DNA of 60,442 nt from Candidatus Tayloriibacteriota bacterium (lineage in GTDB: Bacteria; Patescibacteriota; Minisyncoccia; Phycocordibacterales; PALSA-1337), in contig CAIOGI010000003.1 of assembly GCA_903857825.1 (NCBI GenBank), positions 1 through 60,442 on the forward strand, read 5' to 3'. The translations under genes and the position numbers were made by a program. This document shows, piece after piece, positions 35,404-42,942 of this stretch. Under the pieces are notes generated by a model, which ran no database searches, was not told the DNA's origin, and was given only the letters and a program-made list of their open reading frames with translations. Positions within the stretch are counted from its first letter, which is position 1; every line of letters begins with the position of its first letter.

Positions 35404-36081
35404 TTAGTTTTTTCTCAACATTACAGAATCTTTAATATATTTTAAAGAGGAAATTATTTTATTGTATAGAACCATATCATATACCATAAGTGAACATGTT
35501 CCATGACCAAATCCACTTTTATAAGTGATATCAGTGAGATTTGATTTCTTTATATATGGTTTTTTAAAATTTTCTTTTGAAATCTTTAATAAATTTGACC
35601 AAAATTCTACTTCTTCTTCAATATCCATATCCTTATACAACTGCAACCTTACGAATATTTTGTCTTTTGGCACCTTAATTGTTATTAAAAATTTAAGAAA
35701 AAATAATACCATTGCAGGATCAGTATTAGAAAGTACAACCGAACTACTTGCTACCTTAGTTCCTTCACCCCAATATAGAAACAAACCACATAATTTTATC
35801 TCTCGCTCTGATAACCTACCAATATCTCTTCCAACTTCATTATAGACATTTTCCAATTTTTTCCTTTTATTATTTTCTTTAGTATTTCTACATTTTTCTA
35901 TTCTTATTTGACTATTATCTCTCAATTCCCTAATTTTCTCATTAGACAAAGGAAAAAAATGCAACCACTTGCTGAGAGTGCTTTTACTTACTTTTACCTC
36001 ATTTCTTATCTGACTATAACTCTTACCTTCTAATCTTAATTTTATTGCTTTTTCTTTTTCTAATTTCTTTGACATCAACAA
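35404..36081 (-). CDS. HTH plus LAGLIDADG-like protein (free-standing homing-endonuclease-like)
   Basis: N-terminal resolvase-type HTH GKSYSQIRNEVKVSKSTLSKWL. The central CGLFLYWGEGTK resembles a LAGLIDADG motif. Confidence 0.4.
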   Translation of the reverse strand: MLMSKKLEKEKAIKLRLEGKSYSQIRNEVKVSKSTLSKWLHFFPLSNEKIRELRDNSQIRIEKCRNTKENNKRKKLENVYNEVGRDIGRLSEREIKLCGLFLYWGEGTKVASSSVVLSNTDPAMVLFFLKFLITIKVPKDKIFVRLQLYKDMDIEEEVEFWSNLLKISKENFKKPYIKKSNLTDITYKSGFGHGTCSLMVYDMVLYNKIISSLKYIKDSVMLRKN

Positions 36082-36082
36082 A

Positions 36083-38008
36083 TTATACTATCTCTTCCTT
36101 CTTCTTCGGCTGTATACCATGGGCCACTATTATACTCTCATATTCATCTCTTTCAAGATTCTCAATTTCAATCAACCTCTTTGCTACTGCATCCAATGCT
36201 GGCTTGTACTTTATAACAGCATCCTCGGCTTTTTTATAGGACTCTTGCATAATTCTAGCCACCTCTGAGTCTATATCCGCACTCACTTTCTCTGAATAAT
36301 CTTTATCCTCAACCCCCTTACCAAACAGCGCCCGGCCACCAGAACTTTCCAAAGCAAGTACACCGATTTTCTCTGACATACCATATTTAGTTACCATATC
36401 TCGAGCAAGCGCAGTAGATACTTGAAGGTCATTTGATGGTCCAGTTGTTACATCATTAAACATCATTTTTTCTACAACATAACCACCCAGAGATACCGCA
36501 ATATCGTCGAGGAATTCTTTTTTGCTTTGTAATTTTCTATCTTCCAGTGGCAAATGAAGTGTATATCCAGCCGCTCTACCACGAGAGATTATGGATATTT
36601 TATGAACTGGATCTGCGTAAGGTAAAACAGATGAGACCAAAGCATGTCCAGCTTCATGATATGCCGTAATTTCTTTTTCTTTCTTTGAAAGCAAATGACT
36701 CTTTCTTTCTGGGCCAAGCATAACCTTTTCAATAGCTCTTATGAGGTCATACTGCGAAATCTTTGTCCTATTCTCTCTTGCGGCAAGTATGGCTCCCTCA
36801 TTCATAAGTGAATATAAATCTGCACCAGAAAATCCTGGAGTTCTCTCAGCGATTACACGAAGTACAACATCTTCAGCAAATGGTTTCTTTGTTGAATGTA
36901 TTTTCAAAATTTCTTCTCTGTCATTTCTATCTGGTAAATCAATAGTAACCCGTCTATCAAATCTTCCTGGACGAAGCAAGGCAGGATCAAGTACGTCAGG
37001 CCTATTTGTTGCAGCCATGACAATCACTTTTTCATTTGGCTCAAAACCATCCATTTCTACAAGTATTTGATTTAATGTCTGCTCTCTTTCATCATTTCCA
37101 CCCCCAACACCAGTACCTCGAACTCTTCCGACGGCATCTATCTCGTCGACAAAGATAATGGCTGGAGCATTTTGTTTCGCCATTTTAAATAAATCCCTTA
37201 CTCTGGAAGCACCAACACCAACAAACATTTCCACGAACTCCGATCCTGAAATAGCGAAGAATGCCACACCAGCCTCCCCTGCGACAGCACGAGCAAGTAA
37301 AGTTTTTCCAGTTCCCGGTGCCCCCATTAGCAAGATGCCCTTAGGAATTACTGCACCAATTTCTAGAAACTTTTTTGGATTTTTAAGAAAATCTACAATC
37401 TCTGCCAGCTCCTGCTTCGCCTCCTTTGCTCCGGCAACATCTTTAAAAGTGACTTTCTGTTTTTGATCATCTGGCATTGTTATTCTTGCTTTGGATTGAC
37501 CAAAAGTAAATGCCTGCATACCAGCACCTTTAACCTGTCTAGTAAGAAACCAAATAATCAATCCGAGAAATAGAAGAGGTGCCAGAAAAGGAGCTATTTG
37601 TACAAACCAATACATAAAACCACTTGGACCTTCTACATTTATTTTCACTGCATTTAATTTCTCTGGGGTGAGACCATATCTTGCAAATGTCTCTGTTACT
37701 GAAGAGTCTGTTTCCTTATTTGTTTCTTTTATTGTCTTTTTTTCATCATTGTATTCTGCAAGAAGACTATCACCTTTAACAGTGACCGAGGTTACATTTC
37801 CAGCTCCAATATCCTTAACTAATTCTGAAAGTGTGATTTTAACGGTTGATGTCTTTTTATCCACAATCATCGAGTACAGGCCAGAAATCATAAAAAGTAT
37901 TAGTAACCCAATGGTAATAGAATTTAGTAAACCAAACTTATTTGGCTTCTTGACTCCCTTTTTATCTCCATTATTTGTTTTATTTTGCTGTTGATTCATA
38001 TATTTCAT
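36083..38008 (-). CDS. ftsH: ATP-dependent zinc metalloprotease FtsH
   Basis: Walker [12 protein letters not shown] region, zinc motif HEAGHAL, and an N-terminal TM pair. Confidence 0.95.
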   Translation of the reverse strand: MKYMNQQQNKTNNGDKKGVKKPNKFGLLNSITIGLLILFMISGLYSMIVDKKTSTVKITLSELVKDIGAGNVTSVTVKGDSLLAEYNDEKKTIKETNKETDSSVTETFARYGLTPEKLNAVKINVEGPSGFMYWFVQIAPFLAPLLFLGLIIWFLTRQVKGAGMQAFTFGQSKARITMPDDQKQKVTFKDVAGAKEAKQELAEIVDFLKNPKKFLEIGAVIPKGILLMGAPGTGKTLLARAVAGEAGVAFFAISGSEFVEMFVGVGASRVRDLFKMAKQNAPAIIFVDEIDAVGRVRGTGVGGGNDEREQTLNQILVEMDGFEPNEKVIVMAATNRPDVLDPALLRPGRFDRRVTIDLPDRNDREEILKIHSTKKPFAEDVVLRVIAERTPGFSGADLYSLMNEGAILAARENRTKISQYDLIRAIEKVMLGPERKSHLLSKKEKEITAYHEAGHALVSSVLPYADPVHKISIISRGRAAGYTLHLPLEDRKLQSKKEFLDDIAVSLGGYVVEKMMFNDVTTGPSNDLQVSTALARDMVTKYGMSEKIGVLALESSGGRALFGKGVEDKDYSEKVSADIDSEVARIMQESYKKAEDAVIKYKPALDAVAKRLIEIENLERDEYESIIVAHGIQPKKKEEIV

Positions 38009-38061
38009 ATTACTATTAAAACAGGAAAATTGAAAGAAAAAATGCTATTATAATTTATGCG

Positions 38062-38511
38062 ATGACTGAATCACTTATATACAACAAAAAAGCCGGAATG
38101 GACTATGAAATCATGGAGTCCTTCGAGGCTGGAATAGAACTTCTTGGGCTAGAAGTTAAAAGTTTAAGAAAAAACCAAGGTTCTTTACTTGGCGCGCATG
38201 TTACAGTTAGAGGCGGTGAAGCTTTCATCACAGCTTCAAATATCCCAGCATATCAAGAAAAAAATACTCCAAAAGAATATGATCCAAAAAGGAATCGCCG
38301 ACTTCTATTAACAAAAGCAGAAATTCAAAAGCTTGCTGCCCTCGAAGCCAAAAAGGGTTTGACAATAGTTCCTATTTCAATGTATAATAAGGGCAAGAAA
38401 ATCAAGGTTCAAGTCGCCATTGTCCGTGGAAAGAAGAAGTTCGATAAGCGTGAGGACATAAAGAAGCGCGATACCGACCGAGAGATTCGAAGAGAGTTTA
38501 AAGATCGTTGA
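38062..38511 (+). CDS. smpB: SsrA-binding protein
   Basis: NKKAGMDYEI..E.GIELLG.EVKSLR and KRNRRLLL. Directly upstream of the tmRNA gene. Ends in TGA. Confidence 0.9.
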   Translation: MTESLIYNKKAGMDYEIMESFEAGIELLGLEVKSLRKNQGSLLGAHVTVRGGEAFITASNIPAYQEKNTPKEYDPKRNRRLLLTKAEIQKLAALEAKKGLTIVPISMYNKGKKIKVQVAIVRGKKKFDKREDIKKRDTDREIRREFKDR

Positions 38512-38517
38512 CAACTT

Positions 38518-38637
38518 AGAAAGAGGGCTGTGATATTGTTTCTCGAAAACGAAAAATTTCTTGCTAGAAATTTTCCTCGGTCCTCAGGCCGTCGCCTTGC
38601 GGATGTTTCTCAAAAGCAATATCACAGCCTTCTTTCT
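38518..38637 (+). repeat. 120-nt nested hairpin between smpB and ssrA
   Basis: A 21-bp outer stem (38518-38538 with 38617-38637) includes one G-U that would be a C-A mismatch on the other strand. It encloses a perfect 10-bp hairpin GAAAATTTCT-tgct-AGAAATTTTC and a GC-rich segment. Confidence 0.7.
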
Positions 38638-38646
38638 TAAACACAT

Positions 38647-39060
38647 GGGGATGAAAGGCCTCGACAGTTGAGGTACTTCATATTGTGCATTGTAGAGCTC
38701 CATTGTCTCTTAAAACCGATGGAAACTCGTAACTGCTAATTCAGCAATTACAAAGGTAAAGGCTGCTGTGTCTCCATATTTTGGATCACACAACTTTACT
38801 TTCGCTCTAGCTACGGCTTAAGCGACGTCTCACATCATGCGTTCTGAATGGTGTTGAGGTGATATAAACATGAACTAGAATTATATTCGCTTCCCTGCTT
38901 ATAATTCGAAACCTTGGGAATCGCCTACATATATTTTGTTTACTTTATAGTATGTAAGTTAAAAGAGTAGGTTGAAAGATCTGCTCGCTAAAGTTTTCTA
39001 TACAATGTAGAAGCAATATAAGATTTCATCTGCACGGCGGTTCGATTCCGCCCATCTCCA
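38647..39060 (+). ncRNA. ssrA: tmRNA
   Basis: The 5' GGGGAUG pairs with the 3' CAUCUCC, including G3-U. T-arm GGUUCGAUUCCGCC. Tag reading frame GCU AAU ... GCU CUA GCU ACG GCU UAA (38735-38821). Located after smpB. Confidence 0.85.
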
Positions 39061-39189
39061 CAATATTGAGACATGTAATATTCCTTGCCTAATATTCTAA
39101 CAAGTTGTAAGCTAAATGTAGCTAGAAAACTAATCCTGTACTAAATTCGCCTGTTGCGAATCTGGTATTGGAGAATAATCGAAAAATCT

Positions 39190-39435
39190 ATGAGCACGAA
39201 GCATAGGGTACTCCATACTGAGCCAGCCGCGCCAGGCTTCTTTACAAAAAGGTGTGTGGTAGTTCCCGAACCAAGAAAGACATCAAGAGTAGATGTCATC
39301 ACCTACGGGGCAGGTGCCTTTTATTTACACAAATCAAAACCACCAACCACATATGTGGTCGTCAGAATCGGCGCCGACGCACCACAAGAGTTGGTGGAAT
39401 TTGGTCGATTAGCAAAAAAACTAAGACAAGGATAA
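39190..39435 (+). CDS. Hypothetical small protein in a GC-rich island (coding status uncertain)
   Basis: 81-aa ORF from the ATG at 39190, with no clear RBS, followed by a strong terminator. Could alternatively be a structured RNA. Confidence 0.3.
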   Translation: MSTKHRVLHTEPAAPGFFTKRCVVVPEPRKTSRVDVITYGAGAFYLHKSKPPTTYVVVRIGADAPQELVEFGRLAKKLRQG

Positions 39436-39455
39436 TCTCGTCAACAATTCCCACA

Positions 39456-39486
39456 AAGCCCTTTTGCGAAAGGGCTTCTATTTTTT
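39456..39486 (+). terminator. Intrinsic terminator
   Basis: AAGCCCTTT-tgcg-AAAGGGCTT followed by CTATTTTTT. Confidence 0.7.
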
Positions 39487-39491
39487 ATCAT

Positions 39492-39620
39492 TTACTTCTT
39501 CCCCTTATCTCCTCCCTTACCCCCCTTCTTATCGTCCTTCTTTTCCTTTGATTTAGTATGAGGACCAAAAAATAATAACCAGAATATTCCTACAGCTATA
39601 AATAGTCCTAAATTTTCCAT
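39492..39620 (-). CDS. Possible 42-aa membrane peptide with Lys/Gly-rich tail (not in the ORF track)
   Basis: Translation MENLGLFIAVGIFWLLFFGPHTKSKEKKDDKKGGKGGDKGKK. A TATAAT box (39633-39628) ends 7 nt before the ATG. Confidence 0.25.
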   Translation of the reverse strand: MENLGLFIAVGIFWLLFFGPHTKSKEKKDDKKGGKGGDKGKK

Positions 39621-39667
39621 ATAGAATATTATAGCTGTAATTAGTAACTTATGCTAGGCTTATACTA

Positions 39668-40747
39668 ATGAATGAAACTACCTGGAAACTATTCACATCA
39701 AATAAAGATGCTTTAGAGGCTATGGTTCAAGCATGTGAAAATGCCAAGGAGACTATCGATCTCGAACAATTTATATTTGTACCAGATAGTTTTGGCAGTC
39801 AATTGATTGATATTTGTATTAAAAAAGCTTCCCAAGGGGTTAAAGTTCGCTTTATTTGGGACGCAGCAGGTAGTTTTACTTTATTCGGATCAGGAATAAT
39901 ACAAGACTTAAAGAACAAAGGAATTGAACTTGTCTTTTTCAAAACTCTTTTTCCTAATTTTTTTGATGTGCCAAATTATAGATCATGGTATTTCAGAAAT
40001 CACAGAAGAACATTAGTTGTAGATAAAAAGATCGGTTTCACTGGAAGTATATGCATTTATGAAAAAATGAAAGATTGGCGAGATACAAATGTAAAAATAG
40101 AAGGCCTCGTCGTAACAGATATGCAAAAAGCATTCGATAGAATGTGGGATAGAGCTCATGGTGTAAAATTACCAAAAATAAGACACGAGAAGACTAGTGA
40201 TCATGAGTTTAGATACATAAGCAATAATCCCATCCCCCGTCACAGAAGACTTTATCATCAAGTGATTGAAGCGATACGTAATTCAAGAAAATATATTTAC
40301 ATAACAACTCCATACTTTGTTCCAACAAGACATCTTTCTAGAGTATTACGCTTGGCTGCTCACCGAGGAGTAGACGTAAGAATAATGATGCCAAAATCAT
40401 CTGATCAAACATTCGTAGATCTGAGTTCAAGAACTTTTTTTCACAGCATGCTGAAATCTGGTGTAAAAATCTTTTTATATGAAGGAGAAATGCTACATAG
40501 CAAGACGATAGTAATAGATGGTGATTGGTCTAGTGTTGGCACATTAAATATGGACAATGTTAGTCTTCTATATAACTTCGAAGCAAATATAGTATCTAAC
40601 AATGGCAGATTTGCAGAGGAACTAGTATCACATTTCACGTACGATATGAATAAGTGTAAAAGACTAACTCTTGAAGAATGGAATTCTCGTTATTGGGTAG
40701 AAAAGTTTGCAGGATTCTTTATGAAGTTTATAAGAGGATTTTTCTAG
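39668..40747 (+). CDS. Phospholipase D / cardiolipin synthase family protein (two HKD-type motifs, no TM)
   Basis: NHRRTLVVDKKIGFTGS (motif 1 with Arg in place of Lys) and LHSKTIVIDGDWSSVGTLNMD (motif 2). Confidence 0.7.
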   Translation: MNETTWKLFTSNKDALEAMVQACENAKETIDLEQFIFVPDSFGSQLIDICIKKASQGVKVRFIWDAAGSFTLFGSGIIQDLKNKGIELVFFKTLFPNFFDVPNYRSWYFRNHRRTLVVDKKIGFTGSICIYEKMKDWRDTNVKIEGLVVTDMQKAFDRMWDRAHGVKLPKIRHEKTSDHEFRYISNNPIPRHRRLYHQVIEAIRNSRKYIYITTPYFVPTRHLSRVLRLAAHRGVDVRIMMPKSSDQTFVDLSSRTFFHSMLKSGVKIFLYEGEMLHSKTIVIDGDWSSVGTLNMDNVSLLYNFEANIVSNNGRFAEELVSHFTYDMNKCKRLTLEEWNSRYWVEKFAGFFMKFIRGFF

Positions 40748-40787
40748 ACATCCAAAAGAAAATATGCTATAAATAAGGCTTCTTCAC

Positions 40788-41303
40788 ATGAGTATACAAA
40801 GAGTAAGAATAAATAACTTCATAAAGGCGCCAGAATTGCGTGTCATTACCGATGATGGTGAAAATCTAGGAGTTATTACTCTTGCTGAAGCTTTGACACA
40901 AGCTAAGAACAGAAACCTTGATCTTATTGAAATATCCCCAAATGCCACTCCACCTGTTGCAAAAATCATGGATTATGGTAAATTTCAATACGATGAAAAG
41001 AAGAAGCAGAAGGTAGCAAAATCCCGTACTCAGACTTCAGAACTGAAGAATGTACAGGTGAAAATCGGCACAGGAGAGCATGATCTCGAACTCAAAGCTA
41101 AAAAAGCCTCAGAATGGCTTAAGGACGGCAATAGAGTGAAGATTGACCTCTATCTAGTAGGACGATCAAAGTATATGGACATTAACTTCTTGAAGGAGCG
41201 AATGGAACGTATAATGAAACTTATTACAACTGAATATAAGGTTGTAGTAGCCCCAACAAAGGGCCTAAAGGGATTATCTGCTATTATAGAGGCCCAAAAA
41301 TAA
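40788..41303 (+). CDS. infC: Translation initiation factor IF-3
   Basis: RINNFIKAPELRVITDDGENLGV and IMDYGKFQY, in infC-rpmI-rplT order. Confidence 0.9.
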   Translation: MSIQRVRINNFIKAPELRVITDDGENLGVITLAEALTQAKNRNLDLIEISPNATPPVAKIMDYGKFQYDEKKKQKVAKSRTQTSELKNVQVKIGTGEHDLELKAKKASEWLKDGNRVKIDLYLVGRSKYMDINFLKERMERIMKLITTEYKVVVAPTKGLKGLSAIIEAQK

Positions 41304-41333
41304 GGAGCATAGAGAATATATTAATAAAACATT

Positions 41334-41525
41334 ATGAAAACAAATAAATCATATTTAAAAAGATTAAAAGTAACTAAAAGTGGCAAGATCCTTGCAAGAG
41401 CAAAAGGTCAAAATCACTTCAATTCAAAGGAAAGTCGTCGATCTCAATTATCAAAGAAAAGAAGCAAAGAGTTTCCAATGACAAATAAGGAAAAAAGTCG
41501 ATTCTTAATAAACGCGAGAGGATAA
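41334..41525 (+). CDS. rpmI: 50S ribosomal protein L35
   Basis: 63-aa basic protein with MKTNKS..KRLKVTKSGK, positioned between infC and rplT. Confidence 0.85.
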   Translation: MKTNKSYLKRLKVTKSGKILARAKGQNHFNSKESRRSQLSKKRSKEFPMTNKEKSRFLINARG

Positions 41526-41546
41526 TTAATCAATTAAAATAATAAC

Positions 41547-41897
41547 ATGGTACGAGTAAAGAAAGGCGTAAATGCGCTAAAAACAAGAAGAAATATACTA
41601 AGCCAAGTAAAAGGCTATCGTTTTAATAGAAGCACAAAAGAAAGAACAGCTTATGAAGCTATTTCACATGCAGGTACTTATGCTTTTGCTCACAGAAGAG
41701 ACAAGAAGGGTGATTTCCGAAAGCTTTGGAATGTTAGAATCAATGCAGCCCTTAGAAACCTTGATGCAAAGTACTCATATAGCAAGTTCATTGGCAATCT
41801 AAAGAAAGCAAATATCGAGCTAGACAGAAAGATACTTTCTACCCTAGCGCATGAGAGCCCAAAGACTTTCGAGGTTATTGTGAAGAAAGTGAACTAA
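41547..41897 (+). CDS. rplT: 50S ribosomal protein L20
   Basis: MVRVKKGV..KTRRNILSQVKGYR and AFAHRRDKKGDFRKLW. Confidence 0.9.
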   Translation: MVRVKKGVNALKTRRNILSQVKGYRFNRSTKERTAYEAISHAGTYAFAHRRDKKGDFRKLWNVRINAALRNLDAKYSYSKFIGNLKKANIELDRKILSTLAHESPKTFEVIVKKVN

Positions 41898-42721
41898 ATT
41901 TTATTTGAAAGTTCCTTCAATTCCCTCCTCCTCTTTTGTTCTATTTTCTCTAGATCCTCTTCTGACTTAAGATTTTCTGGTATTATATTTCTACTTAATA
42001 AAGTTTTTCTAGTAGCTTTACTATTAGCAATAACTTCGTTTGATAGTTGAGGTAAACCTTTAAGATTCTTCTCTTTTATATTATGGTCTGTCATTGCCAA
42101 AGAAAAGTCTTTTGCTTTTAGTTCTACATGTGTATCAAAATCTGCTAATGCTCTACCTTTAGGTATATTTCTCTTCTTTCTTAGATCTACAGTACTTAAT
42201 CCGCCGTATAGAGCCTCTATATGTCTATTTTTAAATGTTGCGAATTCCACAGGCAGCCTTATCCCTCTTTCATAAATAGTTCTTTCTATTTTCTTTTCCG
42301 TCTCTTTTAATTTACCCCTTGTCTCTAATCTCTTGTCTTCGTATTCTCTTTGATCTAAAAGTTCTTGCCTTCTAGTCTGTGAAGCAAAATACGTTTGTGA
42401 TAGAGCAATCTGTGGTTTCCTAGAATCTCCATTTTGGGCTATTAAATAGCAAGCATAACGAGTTAATAGAATATCTTCTATTTGGCGTTGTGCTGTGGAG
42501 CCTGTCAATACCATTTTACCGGCGTGGATAAAATGGTCACCAACAATATATCCGCTGGTTTTACAAGCATCTTTTGCTTTCTCAATAACTTCTATAAACT
42601 TTTGCCACTTAACATATCCTAACACAATCATAAGTTCCCTAGCAGACCAATATTCAAAGTCTTTATCTTGTTTTTTAATAGAGTCTAAATCAGCTTGTAT
42701 CTTTAATATTATATTATTCAT
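41894..42721 (-). CDS. dinD: DNA damage-inducible protein D-like
   Basis: FEYWSARELMIVLGYVKWQKFIEVIEKAKDACKTSG..DHF is the DinD N-terminal pattern. 275 aa. Confidence 0.55.
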   Translation of the reverse strand: MNNIILKIQADLDSIKKQDKDFEYWSARELMIVLGYVKWQKFIEVIEKAKDACKTSGYIVGDHFIHAGKMVLTGSTAQRQIEDILLTRYACYLIAQNGDSRKPQIALSQTYFASQTRRQELLDQREYEDKRLETRGKLKETEKKIERTIYERGIRLPVEFATFKNRHIEALYGGLSTVDLRKKRNIPKGRALADFDTHVELKAKDFSLAMTDHNIKEKNLKGLPQLSNEVIANSKATRKTLLSRNIIPENLKSEEDLEKIEQKRRRELKELSNKI

Positions 42722-42905
42722 ACTATTATTTTTAAATTAGATTAATAAAGTATGAGTAATTATACCCACCCTCATTTTTATAGGAAGTTCCATCTGAGAA
42801 TAATTTGTGTTACAAAAAGTTTAAACTATTGACAAGACAAACCATTCAGTATGTTCCAAAATAGAAATGACTGAATTTGAACTGTAAAGAATTACTTGTA
42901 GGTTC

Positions 42906-42930
42906 AACTTGTGCATTTATTGCACAAGTT
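42906..42930 (-). terminator. Perfect 10-bp hairpin after the large surface-protein gene
   Basis: AACTTGTGCA-tttat-TGCACAAGTT. There is no U-tract, so terminator function is uncertain. Confidence 0.3.
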
Positions 42931-42942
42931 CAGTATATACAG

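Noticed and set aside
39252-39551. 99-aa ORF overlapping 39190..39435 in another frame
   Set aside because: It runs through the intrinsic terminator and into a C/T-rich low-complexity stretch. It is a frame shadow of the GC-rich segment.
39061-42942. Genomic island or prophage integrated at the tmRNA 3' end
   Set aside because: No integrase gene and no direct repeat of the ssrA 3' end could be found by eye. The following genes (cls, infC-rpmI-rplT) are core housekeeping genes. Only the first ~600 nt look unusual, and they are reported separately.
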